This document shows, piece by piece, positions 41,682 to 53,060 of a stretch of 64,000 nucleotides of DNA (the stretch's first letter is position 1; each line of letters opens with the position of its first letter). Location: NCBI GenBank assembly GCA_963706325.1, contig CAVPLT010000004.1, positions 960,001-1,024,000 of the forward strand, written 5' to 3'. The position numbers and the translations under genes are program-made. Under the pieces are notes generated by a model, which was not told where the DNA came from, searched no databases, and saw only the letters and a list, made by a program, of their open reading frames with translations. The DNA comes from an uncultured Nitrospiraceae bacterium. Its GTDB lineage: Bacteria; Nitrospirota; Nitrospiria; Nitrospirales; Nitrospiraceae.

Positions 41682-41997
41682 CCGGTCCTAGCGTGCCTGT
41701 GCCGCACCATCTGCGATTGTAGCCATCCGTTCTCAGTCGAATCGATGCGGTGGCTGTCGACAAATTCCATTTCACAGGTCGAGTTGGAAATAGTTCAGGG
41801 GGGACAGGCGGTTGGTTGTGCTGAGCCAGAGCCAAGGCACGCTTAAGAAGGAACGAGATCCTCACATGAGTTTCGCCACGTGGTCACGCCTTCCTGCCGT
41901 CACTGCTCCTGATACCGTCTGGGAAATGAGCGGTTTAAAAAAAAGACAAAAGATTATCCGCGAGCGCAGTTGCTTGTTCGTCCGTTGCATGAGGACG

Positions 41998-42279
41998 CTA
42001 TGGAAGAAGAGGGGTGTCACTCCGTCGTGCCAAATAAAATCGATAATTGCAGGCGCGACATCGGTAGGGATAACGGCCGATGACCCTCGCCAAACAGTCC
42101 CGCCAACCAGACCGACGAGATCGGCTCACCATGTAGGAGCATTGGGGACACGTGCGAAGGGCGGAGAAGGCTCTCCGCCGGCGGGGGAACGTCATTCTCG
42201 TAAGCCGAGTGAGGATGGGCGCCTCCGCCAAATGTGTGAGGACCATCCAAGCCGTCAGCGGCATTCGTCTTATCTCCAC
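41998..42279 (-). CDS. Small Zn-ribbon protein
   Basis: CPQC...PYRCRAC; start uncertain. Confidence 0.5.
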   Translation of the reverse strand: MEIRRMPLTAWMVLTHLAEAPILTRLTRMTFPRRRRAFSALRTCPQCSYMVSRSRRSGWRDCLARVIGRYPYRCRACNYRFYLARRSDTPLLP

Positions 42280-42581
42280 TATTCGCCTCCACTATGCATC
42301 TGGCTTTGTTATCTCCGCCTCAGGACTGGGTGGGCCAGCCTCAAAATAGCTGACTCGCCTGCATACCAAGTCGCCGGTTTGCAGCTTCAGCTATACTCCA
42401 CCACTTCAACAGCCTAGAAGAGCATCTCACCGCCCTTCCTCCAAAGATCCCGCCAGGGCGGCCTCGATGAGATAGTAGCGGCAGCACGCAAAATAGGTGC
42501 TCGGCCTCCTCCTGCCTAAGTGCAATGTCTACGCGACGGACACACGCGTCATGCAGGCATGCTTAACTCGACAATAGGCCA

Positions 42582-42806
42582 TTATCTCCTGACGGTTGCC
42601 TTCCAACGTCGCGGTTGGTGTGGCAAGCAACAGTCGCAGGGCCATATTCTCCCGTTCCCGTCAATATGGATTGAATGGCCTATTGGACACTCAAGATGCT
42701 TTGCGCTCGTGTGGTTGGCAAGAGTGACAGTCCGAGGTCGATCAGGATCGCTTAATCCTTCAACCTCTCGTTCAGCAAGGAATTCATGGCACACGAGTGT
42801 GTGCAT
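42582..42806 (-). CDS. Small Cys/His-rich hypothetical protein
   Basis: RBS ggag; CPIGH...WPCDCC. Confidence 0.35.
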   Translation of the reverse strand: MHTLVCHEFLAEREVEGLSDPDRPRTVTLANHTSAKHLECPIGHSIHIDGNGRIWPCDCCLPHQPRRWKATVRR

Positions 42807-43514
42807 GGTTCATTCTCCCGGTAGCCGTGCGTTGCGTTGCAGGCGTGTACTTATTGCCTCTTGAATGACCTGCCAGACTAGTTTTGTTGGATTGCGATTG
42901 CGTGGGGACGTGCAAGGTTTCATAAGGGAGCGTTTTGCAGGTGTATGGTGCAGCATACACTAAGGGCAAAGGCTTAGCATGTCAAGTATTTTGAGGGAGG
43001 GGATGGTCATCAAGACCCTAACGCGGTACGAGCTCAGTTCACGTTATAACCACTGCGCCAACCAGTGGCCTAAACAGTACGCTCTCACTGTGGGAGGACC
43101 ACTTGTTGTTGAGGATTTTAAAAAAGTCAAAACTTTTTTCTAGTGATAGCAATTCTTCCGTAGGAAACCTGTGGTGCGCACGGATCTTAGTGTCATGACC
43201 CGAGCCTGCACAGAGGGACCTGGGAACTCTGCCATCTTCTCTGTCGGGTGGCCTTGGAAGCTCTCTTCGGTCCGAAGGATGGACGAGAAAAAGCGTTTTG
43301 ATTTTCTCGGCGAGGCGCGCCTTTTCTGGAGTGTGAGGCCTGTGAACCCGTGATGTGGTCGTTCACATCAAAGAAATTGATGTATGGCGGTCGAACATCG
43401 TGCACGGCCGCAAGCTCTCAAAACCTCAGAGAAAATGACGGTTACACTAGCAGAATTACGAGGGGAGAGCAGAGGATGTAGGCTGCAAACAGATTGATGC
43501 GTCGGCGGAAGTTG

Positions 43515-43559
43515 TGGAGCTGGCGAGAAGAGTTGAACCTCCAAGTTGCGGTTTACAAA
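43515..43559 (-). repeat. Degenerate duplicate of the tRNA-Thr 3' half (old att site)
   Basis: 38/45 identical to 58457..58501 by hand count. Confidence 0.85.
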
Positions 43560-44340
43560 TCAGTAGAAAAGGGATGGTCAAGTCCTTGACGACTTAGGCC
43601 ATCCCCGCTCCCAGACCGGATGCAGGCAGGATACGCTTTCACTGCTAGTATTCTCACTTCATACAAATTCCACTCGTGTTGTCTCTATTTCTAACACCAG
43701 GCTAACACTTGTCTCCCTGATCGGTTCACCCCTTCGGCCCTTGGATATGGGACTCCTGTGGGAAATGTGCAGGTAAAACGAAAGGGGGGAAACATGCGCT
43801 GTTACCCTCGCCTCTCCAGGAAACCGGACACGCGCATGACAGGTTATATCCATGCCCGTGGCATGCTTGCTTTCGCGTAGAAGGCGACCTAGGACCATGC
43901 GCTCAACATCATTGATGGCCACTTTTTCTGTGACGAACCTGCGTGTGGGAGGGGCGGGCATGATCCGTGGGATATCATCTGCGAAGGTAACTTGTAGGCC
44001 AGCACTCGCCAGGATTCGTGCTTGTGATGGAGTGTGATCGTAATTTTAACCATCGTGAAAGCTACGGTCGACGTGTGTGAACTGAACTCCAAATTCGGAA
44101 GCGCGGGACTATGTGACCAAGCCGTGCCGAAGCTTCACTTGCGATGTTCCAGGGAGATGCATGAGTAGGGATACCGTCATGCCTGGGGTGAAGAGAAGAT
44201 GAGTCTCTACATGACAGCGCTGGGGAGAAAACCGCCAGATCGTGCCGGCTTCAAGCCGGCTCTGCTGGTGTCCGATGATGGTGCATGCCCGGGATAGGCG
44301 TTTGCCGAGGTAGTTTGCATCAGGCGGGAGTTATTGCACG

Positions 44341-44979
44341 CTATCGCGGACGGGCCCTAATCAACATCTGCTTGCCGAGCGGTTTGAGGGGCGAGGCGAG
44401 GTAGAGGCGGATCATGAGGGGCGAAACCGGTAGTCGTGACTTAATTGTCAGAGGCAAAAAGCGGGGATGAACCTCTAAAACCTCATAGCGGTTGGCTTCG
44501 AGAAAATCACTCAAGGTTACATGCGAGTAGACCGTGGTATGCGTATAGTCGTCGAAGTACTCTCGATAGGCATACCTGTAGTTGGGTTGAAGAATGTTCA
44601 GTGTGCCGCGAGGACTCAGTTTTGAGCGCAATCCTTCAAGTACAGATCGAAATTCGGCCTGCGAGAGGTGCTCGAATAAATTGCTCGCGAAAGCGAAGTC
44701 GACGGCGCCATCGGCAAGGAATCCAAGACCGGTTGCCGCGCCAACCACGCCTTCAACCCCGGCATGAAGAAAATTCGACGCTTCTGGCCAAACGTCCAGC
44801 GCGATTCGTCGTTTCGCTACAACCGCATTGATGAAGTCACCATAGCCGCAGCCGACATCTAACACGCAGTCGCCCGGGTTAATAAATCGGCTAAAGTAAA
44901 AGCGCCACAGCGTGGCCCATAACACCCTCCGTCTGGGATCCGGCGGCAGACGCGTCTGGTGGTAGCTGCTGGCGTTCAT
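44341..44979 (-). CDS. Class I SAM-dependent methyltransferase
   Basis: VLDVGCGYG, FASNLFEHL, YFDDYTH. Confidence 0.85.
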   Translation of the reverse strand: MNASSYHQTRLPPDPRRRVLWATLWRFYFSRFINPGDCVLDVGCGYGDFINAVVAKRRIALDVWPEASNFLHAGVEGVVGAATGLGFLADGAVDFAFASNLFEHLSQAEFRSVLEGLRSKLSPRGTLNILQPNYRYAYREYFDDYTHTTVYSHVTLSDFLEANRYEVLEVHPRFLPLTIKSRLPVSPLMIRLYLASPLKPLGKQMLIRARPR

Positions 44980-45989
44980 GCGCTCACTCTCCTCCAGCCG
45001 AACAGGAGCCCCAAGATCATTCGTAATCCTACTCTCAACGCGCGTCGATTATTGACGTTTCCTCCTTTGCTCACGCCGACCCGCTGATGAAATGTTATCG
45101 GGCATTCGACAAGCGTGAGGTTGGTCGTCAAAGCCGTATCAAGAAAATGCGCGTTGAACTCAAGATTTATCCGAGGATTCAACCTGGGCAGTAACTCATG
45201 GAGCGCGCTCTTCTTGCATAGCTTGTAGGTGGTCCCGACATCAGTAAAGGTTCCTTTACCGAGGTGCTTAGCTTCCAAAAGCTTGCCGACGAAAAAATTA
45301 CCGTAATATACGAACACGCTTAGTTGCGTTTCACGTTGTCTGAGTTGTTCGATGATCCGCGTGCCATTCACGATGTCAGCGTGAGGAGCGTAAGCCAGTA
45401 GTTTCTCGATGTCGTAGGCACGGAACGTCAAATCTCCCTCGCAGAGGACAATGAGCTCCGAGTCGGGGTAGCGAATGGCCTCGTTCAGACACCGGTAAAC
45501 ACAGCGCCCATATCCTGGCAGCGGCTCATTCAGTGCGACGGCACCCGCCTCGATGGCGCGCTTCATGGTCTGATCCGTGCTGTTGTTGCTTACCACGATC
45601 ACGCGTTTTACAAGTGGATGTTCGCAAAAATCCTTCACTGCCATACCGATGCTGGCTTCGTCGTTGTAGGCGGTTAACGCTACGGTGACGTAACGACTGT
45701 CAATCCGATCCACACGCACGTCGGACATGCGGCGCTTGAATTGGAACAGTAATAAAAGATCTGCACCCGCTAACAAGATCCCGGCCATGATCGGTACGCC
45801 GCTGTACCAAACTATCCATTCATTCAACGGCATTAAGTTATGTAACCCAAGGAGGTACCGTGGCAACGACATGAGAACGCCGAACAGGTACATGGCGATA
45901 CCGAAAGAGACAAAGAAGACGCCGTAGAAAAGCAGGGGAAGGTGCTTTAGGCGATTGCCTAGCCGATGCTTGATAGTTTCGCCTGTCAT
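44976..45989 (-). CDS. GT2 glycosyltransferase with N-terminal TM helices
   Basis: TAYNDE, NNSTD, PGYG, EGD, FTDVGTTYK, RVGVSKG; 4-nt overlap with the methyltransferase. Confidence 0.85.
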   Translation of the reverse strand: MTGETIKHRLGNRLKHLPLLFYGVFFVSFGIAMYLFGVLMSLPRYLLGLHNLMPLNEWIVWYSGVPIMAGILLAGADLLLLFQFKRRMSDVRVDRIDSRYVTVALTAYNDEASIGMAVKDFCEHPLVKRVIVVSNNSTDQTMKRAIEAGAVALNEPLPGYGRCVYRCLNEAIRYPDSELIVLCEGDLTFRAYDIEKLLAYAPHADIVNGTRIIEQLRQRETQLSVFVYYGNFFVGKLLEAKHLGKGTFTDVGTTYKLCKKSALHELLPRLNPRINLEFNAHFLDTALTTNLTLVECPITFHQRVGVSKGGNVNNRRALRVGLRMILGLLFGWRRVSA

Positions 45990-46082
45990 CCCCGTCCTTT
46001 CGCTGGTTACTGCTAGGTTCCCACATGGCTTGCGCAAGGCTACAAAAGAGCAGGCGCGCCGTGTTCGTCATTTATAAGTGTG

Positions 46083-47651
46083 TCAATCACTCGACAGGTA
46101 GACGGCATAAGGAGGATATTTCACAACGCGCGGGTAAGCTGCTTCGATGGCCTTTTGGACCTCCGAAGTCCAGCGTGGCACTGTCCACCGGTCGCCAATG
46201 ACAACGAACTCAAAAAAGTGGGAGTTGATCAAGTCAATGAGCCTGTGCTGATTCCACAGCCCCTTATGAGCTAGCTCCTGAAATATGGCCGGTTCCATTG
46301 GGACCTCTTTACCAGCTTTCATCAGAAGAGTCATATCTTCGGAGAGAACCGGTTTTTGAGCAGCGACAATCAGCTGCAGCACGGCTTGTGCTTGCTGCGT
46401 ATGCTCGGTGCTTGGCAAGCGTATGTGCTTTGCTGGGCTTATCACCAGTTGAACCATTAATAGCGCGGGCAAACCGATCGCCAAGGCCAGCCGAACGTAC
46501 AGAGATGAAGTCGATTGAGGTTGCCATACTATACGAAGCGCAGCGGCTGATGCCATTCCCAGGATCAGACACCAGACGCAGATCCATTCTATGACGTAAT
46601 TGTATGAAGCGCCGATTTTGCCGGTGCTGAGAAGCATGGCTGTCGTAACCAGCAAATAAACCGTAAATAGACATAACCCGAGAAACCACGGGTCGCCGTT
46701 AAGCCGGCTTCGGAGGCCAGCTAGGTTGCTCAATTTATAGTGAGCCTTAAAAATCGACAGCCAGCTTACAACTAAGAAGGCGATTACGACCAATAGATAC
46801 AATCCATGACCGATAAGCACTGTGTACAATAAGCCAATCCCCGACGTGGCGCTAAACCGATTGATGTTGTACAGAATGATGTGCCGCACAAACCCGCCGT
46901 CGGTTTGCCAGACGAGAAGAAGAAACGCTGCGAGGGCAAGTGCTGCAAATAACCCTGCCGCGCGTACCGCTCCTTTCGGCTTAACTAGAAATAGAATCGA
47001 AAGCGTGGAAATTGGGGCGGCAATTAAGTTCTGCTTGGTGTAAACCGCAAGAACAAAAGCCACACTGGACCAATACAGGAAAGCGGGCCGATCGATTGAG
47101 ATGACCGCAAAATAGACACCGAGAAAGCCGAAGGCGAGCGCCAGCATATCGACTCGCATGACTAGGGACCATTCAAAGATAGGAAAGGAGGTGAATATAG
47201 TCAGCCCTGCGATTGCGGCGGCGACATAAGCTAGATTTCCTGCGGCATGTTTAGCCACTCTAAGCGTCAGCAGCGCTATTAATATGGCAATCAGTAGGGT
47301 CGACACGAAAGATAGGACACGTCCAGCCGTCAAATAATCCAAGCCGACAGACGCAAGGGCTCGCACGGTAAGATGATAAATCGGCGGATAGTGAAAGACG
47401 ATGAAAGGGTAGACATCAATATTGCCATACATCCTTTCTCCCGGGATCAATAGGGCTTGCTGCCAGACGATACCCTCGCCATAGTCAATAGAGAACGGGT
47501 ACTGAATCGCCTTGTATGCATATCTCCCATATCGGACAATAAAGTGAACAACCATCCCAAGCAGTAGGACCGAAAAGGAAAAAAGGCCGAGAAATCGGAC
47601 TCCGTTTAAGACCGATATATTCCCCACTGGATTACGTTGGGGCGCCTGCAT
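46083..47651 (-). CDS. Polytopic GT-C-like (ArnT/PMT-type) glycosyltransferase
   Basis: About 11-13 TM segments; DYGEG, HYPPIY, AGRVLS, RVDMLA, YTKQ. Confidence 0.65.
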   Translation of the reverse strand: MQAPQRNPVGNISVLNGVRFLGLFSFSVLLLGMVVHFIVRYGRYAYKAIQYPFSIDYGEGIVWQQALLIPGERMYGNIDVYPFIVFHYPPIYHLTVRALASVGLDYLTAGRVLSFVSTLLIAILIALLTLRVAKHAAGNLAYVAAAIAGLTIFTSFPIFEWSLVMRVDMLALAFGFLGVYFAVISIDRPAFLYWSSVAFVLAVYTKQNLIAAPISTLSILFLVKPKGAVRAAGLFAALALAAFLLLVWQTDGGFVRHIILYNINRFSATSGIGLLYTVLIGHGLYLLVVIAFLVVSWLSIFKAHYKLSNLAGLRSRLNGDPWFLGLCLFTVYLLVTTAMLLSTGKIGASYNYVIEWICVWCLILGMASAAALRIVWQPQSTSSLYVRLALAIGLPALLMVQLVISPAKHIRLPSTEHTQQAQAVLQLIVAAQKPVLSEDMTLLMKAGKEVPMEPAIFQELAHKGLWNQHRLIDLINSHFFEFVVIGDRWTVPRWTSEVQKAIEAAYPRVVKYPPYAVYLSSD

Positions 47652-48228
47652 GTTTGATACGCCCTTCACTTCCCGTTTCCATGCATGCACCGGACAAAAT
47701 AAGGCATGTCATAAGCCAAGCTTGAGAGAGTTAGGAGTCCGCTTGACGAACTCTTGTGATGCCTGGATGGTCCATCGTGCATTTCGTACACCCTGCCCCT
47801 AATAATTCGGCGTAGTAGCTAGGACTATATGATAGCGACACGAGCGTTGTCACGGTACGGAGTCAGTGTTGCGCATAGTGACAGAGGATAACGCAACGCT
47901 ATAAGCGGTGGCTTATTATTCTCTGCCGTATTAGGCGTCCTACGAAAATATATGAGGGGAGGTGAGCGGGGATGAGTCATGTGGGTATTAGAGAATAGAT
48001 AAAACTGGGGCAAGCACTATGGCGATTCACCTCATAGGTTAGTCTCATCGGTAGGCGCAGTCTGACCAAAAGCCATTTCGTATCAGATGGAGACCTGTCC
48101 TCGTCACTTCCTTGCATAACGCTGCCTGGTTTCCATTTCATTTAAATTCAGGTTTGGGCGCGTCATTGAGAAACCTCCATCCTGAAATTGCATTGCCCAG
48201 TAGGATAGCAATCAAATTGCGCACACGA

Positions 48229-48978
48229 TCATGCTTTCGTGCGCGTTGTCTCATTGTCAACGGGGGGGAGTCTCTGAGACTGCAGCGTGCCGCCTTCCTG
48301 GTAATGTCGCGGATACTCCGCGTGCTGATGAAATTCATTGTGTGACATCCCGATTCTAGAGCTGCAAAGGCGACACACATAGGCACCGGTAATAAAAACG
48401 CCGCCCACCGTTTCAAGTTGGTAGTCGTGTTCGCAGTCGCTCTGTTTTTTGAGGGAATCAGACAGCCCTGGGCTCTGCAGGACGACGCTGGCTCGACTGT
48501 CAGTCTGCTGGCTTTCATCGGGGTGAGTTGAGTGTGCTACATATTCCCTACAAAAGTGCCCGTAGCACTGCGAGAACGTATAAGAAGCAGCGACCATGTT
48601 CACCGTGCCCTTCATCTGTCCACACAGCAACGTCCAGTATGCCGCGTAGAGCACCGACTCGGTGGGCGACAGATAGACATCAAGAAAGCGACCCAGGGCG
48701 GTTTCGCCAAAGACGACGGTGAGTACATGCTTTGTGGAGGGTCCGTAGCAACAAACATGCTCATGCCTTCCACCAAACAGAACGTACATTTCCGCCAATG
48801 GTCTGAATCCACGATGCCCGCAGTGGCTACATTGCAATGCCTGAAGGCCAGTGGCATCTCGGCGCTTGTGCGTGGACTGTGTCTGCATATGGCCGTGGCA
48901 ATTCGGCGCAGGGCAAAGAGGCGAAGGAGGAGAAAGAATCGTGCTTGCTTTAAGACGAGGCTTGTAATATTCCGGCAT
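48229..48978 (-). CDS. Hypothetical protein with Zn-ribbon-like motifs
   Basis: CPAPNC...CSHC and CEH...CRLC. Confidence 0.5.
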   Translation of the reverse strand: MPEYYKPRLKASTILSPPSPLCPAPNCHGHMQTQSTHKRRDATGLQALQCSHCGHRGFRPLAEMYVLFGGRHEHVCCYGPSTKHVLTVVFGETALGRFLDVYLSPTESVLYAAYWTLLCGQMKGTVNMVAASYTFSQCYGHFCREYVAHSTHPDESQQTDSRASVVLQSPGLSDSLKKQSDCEHDYQLETVGGVFITGAYVCRLCSSRIGMSHNEFHQHAEYPRHYQEGGTLQSQRLPPVDNETTRTKA

Positions 48979-49416
48979 TTCTTCGATCCTACAGAGCGTG
49001 ATTCCTCTTCAATGTAAGCACCATTTAGCCTGAGGCAGCTTGAAGTGGGCCCTAGTGTGAACCCTGGGGCTGTTCTTGTTTCACCCTTAATGTCTGGAGC
49101 TGGTGCGCGTCGAAAAAGTTTCGGGATCTAGTGGCTTGAATTGGGGTGCTAAAAGGTCGGGTGTGTGTCTTTCAAGGCAGGTGCTTCAAAACGAGGAGTA
49201 TGGGCGTAGGTGCCGATTCTCTCCCTTTTTTTCAGATTGAGAGAGCGGTGCTTGATAGCAGGTGGGGACACAACTCCCGAATTCTAGCACTTGTTTTTGG
49301 GTATGCGCACTAGCCGGCTGCCTATACGAGCGTGAGCATGGGCCACGCAAGTGGCCTCCGGCGAACGCGCGTACTTACGGCGAGTACACATTGGCTGAGG
49401 GTCTACGCACGGCGCG

Positions 49417-49515
49417 TCAGTCAACGATGTCTACTGAACGGAGTGCACGCATGAACCAGATACCTGCCAAGGTAAGGCCGACGCCGACGGACCAATACAT
49501 GACGTAGCGCGTCAT
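49417..49515 (-). CDS. 32-aa single-TM micro-protein
   Basis: MTRYVMYWSVGVGLTLAGIWFMRALRSVDIVD; RBS aggag overlaps the stop of the upstream ORF. Confidence 0.5.
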   Translation of the reverse strand: MTRYVMYWSVGVGLTLAGIWFMRALRSVDIVD

Positions 49516-49524
49516 TTGTTACTC

Positions 49525-49737
49525 CTATGCTCGAAGTGATTCGTGCTTCATGAAGTCTGAATGGTTTGCCGCAGTGAAGGAGTGCGGGGCGTCATTGAGG
49601 TTTGTCTGGCAGGCCTCGCGGGCCAAAATATCGTCCAGGTGGCAGTATGCGCAGAGGAGGCCATGTGTCGCCTGATACTTACGGCATACCTCACAATTGT
49701 ATTTGTCAAGGAAAGCTCGGATGAATCTCGCCAACAT
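49525..49737 (-). CDS. Small CxxC-CxxC zinc-finger protein
   Basis: CEVC...CAYC in 70 aa. Confidence 0.45.
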   Translation of the reverse strand: MLARFIRAFLDKYNCEVCRKYQATHGLLCAYCHLDDILAREACQTNLNDAPHSFTAANHSDFMKHESLRA

Positions 49738-50078
49738 AACTGAATTCTAAGCGAAAGACTGCCAGGGAGGTACTAGGAGCCGCCCCAGTTATGCGGTCGG
49801 GGCTTGCCTACACAATGAAGATGGGCAGGGCAGGCACATCCATTTTCATTTGCCAAACCTGCCGGCTAGCTATCGGGATTTGACCAAGAAAGGGCATTCT
49901 CGCGTGTGAGTACTGAGATCAATAAAGTGGGTTCGGGCTAGGTGCTTGGGCTGTTGCTGCAATCGACCAAAGGAAGTGAGGGAATGTCTCGTTCACACCT
50001 GCGCGTTGTGGGACTAACCGGATGGGCACCAGACCAAGACAGATCGACGAGGGCCTTACAGCAAAGGCGAGATCTGGA

Positions 50079-50296
50079 ATGAGTCAGAAGGGAGATCAAC
50101 GAGTCAAAAACCCACCAATAGACGTGGACAGCCTTGCGGAGTACGTGGGCATCTCCACGCACACCATTTATAGATGGTCAGTCAACGGCGTATACCGTTC
50201 GTGAAGGTAGGTCGGTTGACGAGATTCGACTTGCAAGCGATGGACACATGGATCATTCAGCATACAGTCATGCACACACGGCCACGGCGGTTGTAG
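50079..50296 (+). pseudogene. Excisionase-type (HTH_17) DNA-binding protein, frameshifted
   Basis: DVDSLAEYVGISTHTIY then, shifted, VSQRRIPFVKVGRLTRFDLQAMDTWI. Confidence 0.75.
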
Positions 50297-50659
50297 GATT
50301 CATTGCAAGAGGTAGACAGTCAGGACGCCGCCTCCCAGGAGAGCACAGGCCAAGGCGAGCCATCGATACCATCGGTTGTTATAGGCGGTCCTATCATAAA
50401 AACCGGCTCCTCGTCGGCGTCCGCGCATTGGACCATGTCTCCCGGCGCTGTCGCGCATCTGCTAAAACCGTGTGACCGAGTCTATTGCAGAAGATAAAGT
50501 GCTAAGACGCCTAAAGAAAGGATAAAACTCGCCAGAGCTATCCATCGGTACCGTCGATCATTGATAGCGGATTGGTTAAACCAGTTCTCGTAAAGCTTCC
50601 GTTCGTACATGATCCGGTTCCTCCGTCTCTCAATTTTACCATGGTCCGCAACATTAGAC

Positions 50660-50800
50660 TGTTGCAGACTGGACTCGACGCACTCTCGGGCGTCCACTAC
50701 CTGTCCTTCGTGAGGATGGAGGGCGGAAGCTCAACCCTCAACTGTCTGCGACCTCAAGCTGTGTAAGGCACTAGGCATCACACCAAACCAGCTGCTAGAG
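50660..50800 (+). pseudogene. XRE-family HTH repressor remnant
   Basis: Across frames: LSGVHYLSFVRMEG / KLNPQLS / KLCKALGITPNQLL. Confidence 0.6.
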
Positions 50801-51234
50801 AATCACAATCAACGCGCCATGGTTCAAGCCGGACGCCCCTGTAGATGTCACCCCGCCAGTTCTACCCGGCGGAATCAGCACAGAGGCGGCCATTCTTGAG
50901 CAGGTAGAGAATGACACCCTCTAGCCTCCCATCTCTACGGTTCCTGAAGCTGTCGGAAGCGGCGGCCGTATGCCGTGTCTCTCAGGTCTGTATGAAATTG
51001 AGATCAATGTTCAAATATGGGGCTTCCTGTTTGGAGTGGCAGGGCTATACTGGAATTTAGTGCTTGCGAGGACAGTGCGAAACGAGATGGCTGGCGGGCG
51101 GGAGTATCCAGGCAAATAGACGGAGGATATTTGCTACTTCAATTCACTCGAAAGAGCATGATTGCTTTTTACTGCATCGGACTGAAGCCCTACAGTGGAG
51201 AAGTTCTGCCTGTGCACCGATCATCATAAAGTGA

Positions 51235-51620
51235 CCGGCGCCACTCCACGGCGGCATCGGATGCGGCTCTATCAATAACCCGCGCTTCGCCTCTCGCGCC
51301 TGCCGTTCTAACTCTCCCAGCTTTAGATCCCTATACTTCCGAAACAACCACGCCAATCCTGCCTTGAGCAATTCTTAATTGAGGCTCCGACCATCCGACA
51401 GGATGACTTCGGCCAGCCGTCGCCCATAGGGTCACGCTTATCTCCATAGACCGTAACATCTTGCCCAAAGGCCAGCTCTGACGTGTAATCCTTGGCTCGA
51501 GTGCCGAGTGGCTGACGCTTCTCGCGGCAGTCCACCCTCATCAAGCGAACTGCTGTCCTCGTGCATCATGCGGAGGGAATCCCAGTAGATGACGCAAACA
51601 CCTTCCCGGTGAACTTGGCA
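51235..51620 (-). pseudogene. Thermonuclease (SNase) remnant
   Basis: VDCREKRQPLGTRAKDYTSELAFGQDVTV, RRLAEVIL, ELLKAGLAWLFRKY, EAKRGL..PHPMPPW across frames, with an internal stop. Confidence 0.75.
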
Positions 51621-51826
51621 TGAGCTGCGATAGAGGCCAGGAGAAATCCCAGCACAAATGGTGCGGTGAACAGGTGAGCATGAGCGAATCGGCTTCTCAT
51701 TGAATCTAAGACCACATCCATGCCCATTCGACACACGAAGGCAGGGTTAGGCGTCTAGCTCCTATGGGGCTGACATAGTATTTCCGAGAGTCAGGTTTGG
51801 CGTAATCCACCTGACATCGCATACAT

Positions 51827-52543
51827 TCAACGCGGCAATGGGGGCCAACCTTTCTCTTCCATGCAGTGCAGGTAAGTAGCGTAAGGACTGGAAAGAGAGT
51901 TCCGGGACTGCTGAATGCATAGAATGTTGTCCAACGCTCGCCGTTCCGCCGGCGGAATACCTCTGTGAGTTTGGTTATCGTAGCCGGCCTCAAACTGGCT
52001 GGTGGTCGAAGGGGGCTTAAGCGGGACATCGCCTGACGGGAGGTTTTCCCTGGGCAGGACATTGTCGGTCGGAGCGGAGGTCGCCGTTGATCGAGGAGCT
52101 GCCACGTGGGTTTCATGCGGGACATTGTCCGTGCCGGCACGTGGGCTCGGATCGATTGATGCGCAATGCGGATACCCGAAAGGGTCCGTAACGACTCGTT
52201 CTGACGGACACGGTCCTTGATTGGCACTTTCCTGGTGAGGCGAGGGGGGTACCAAGGGCTGTAATTTAACCCACTCGTATCCACGGGAGACCATGCATCT
52301 GCCGTAGAGATTTGAACCCAGATGGGACGCGGATGGGTGTCTGGCTACGATCGTGTCACCCCCAGGAGTTTGGTTCATGGACACTTGTTCCAGGCCCTGA
52401 CTCGCACATTCCCCAGAATCTCGACGATAATCCGCGTCTTGCGATGTCTCAGTGAGACCTGGTTTCATCCAGTACCCTTGTTCCAGCGGTTGGCATGAAG
52501 CCGCGTGTAGCGCCGCGAGTAGGAAAGCTATCACACCGCGCAT
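51827..52543 (-). CDS. Hypothetical lipoprotein
   Basis: Lipobox-like AASC; W.KPG, D..EC and Y..CM..RGY / Y..CM..KGW repeats. Confidence 0.6.
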   Translation of the reverse strand: MRGVIAFLLAALHAASCQPLEQGYWMKPGLTETSQDADYRRDSGECASQGLEQVSMNQTPGGDTIVARHPSASHLGSNLYGRCMVSRGYEWVKLQPLVPPSPHQESANQGPCPSERVVTDPFGYPHCASIDPSPRAGTDNVPHETHVAAPRSTATSAPTDNVLPRENLPSGDVPLKPPSTTSQFEAGYDNQTHRGIPPAERRALDNILCIQQSRNSLSSPYATYLHCMEEKGWPPLPR

Positions 52544-53060
52544 GGTGCCTGGGGTCGCTTGGGCAACGGTCCTTGCTGGCTTGACCGTATCTGGGTCATG
52601 CCAAGCCCCAACGTGATGATGTCCTGTATTCACGAATAAAGTATAAACCCCCCTCTAGGCCATGCACCACCTTTGGGGTGCTTTGATCGAGTTTCCTCGC
52701 CGAAGAGTGTCTCGACGGTTGCTCACGGACGTTTGTCGCCGTTCCTTCGGCAGCCCCTACCACTCACCGGTACCGGTATATGGTGATGTGATATGGACTG
52801 GGCCGACCACCTTGCCAGTCCCAAGCCAGCATCTGCCCCTCACGAAAATGACTATGACTTCCAAGACCACAGATTCCTATGGGAAACGTGCGGTTAAATC
52901 AAAAGGCAATAACAGCAGAGAGGGCGTTGCGCGTAGGCAAGGGTTCGCATCGTGACCTGCTATGCATCGTGCGCCAATTTTATTGAAGACATACAAAGAT
53001 GTAAGAACATACGTCGCATATTCTCGTGATCTCCTTAAACCTTCATGAAAGGACCGTCTA

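Noticed and set aside
43340..43450. Third integrase tail left of the old att site (WRSNIVHGRKL)
   Set aside because: Similarity too short and degenerate to support by eye; needs TBLASTN
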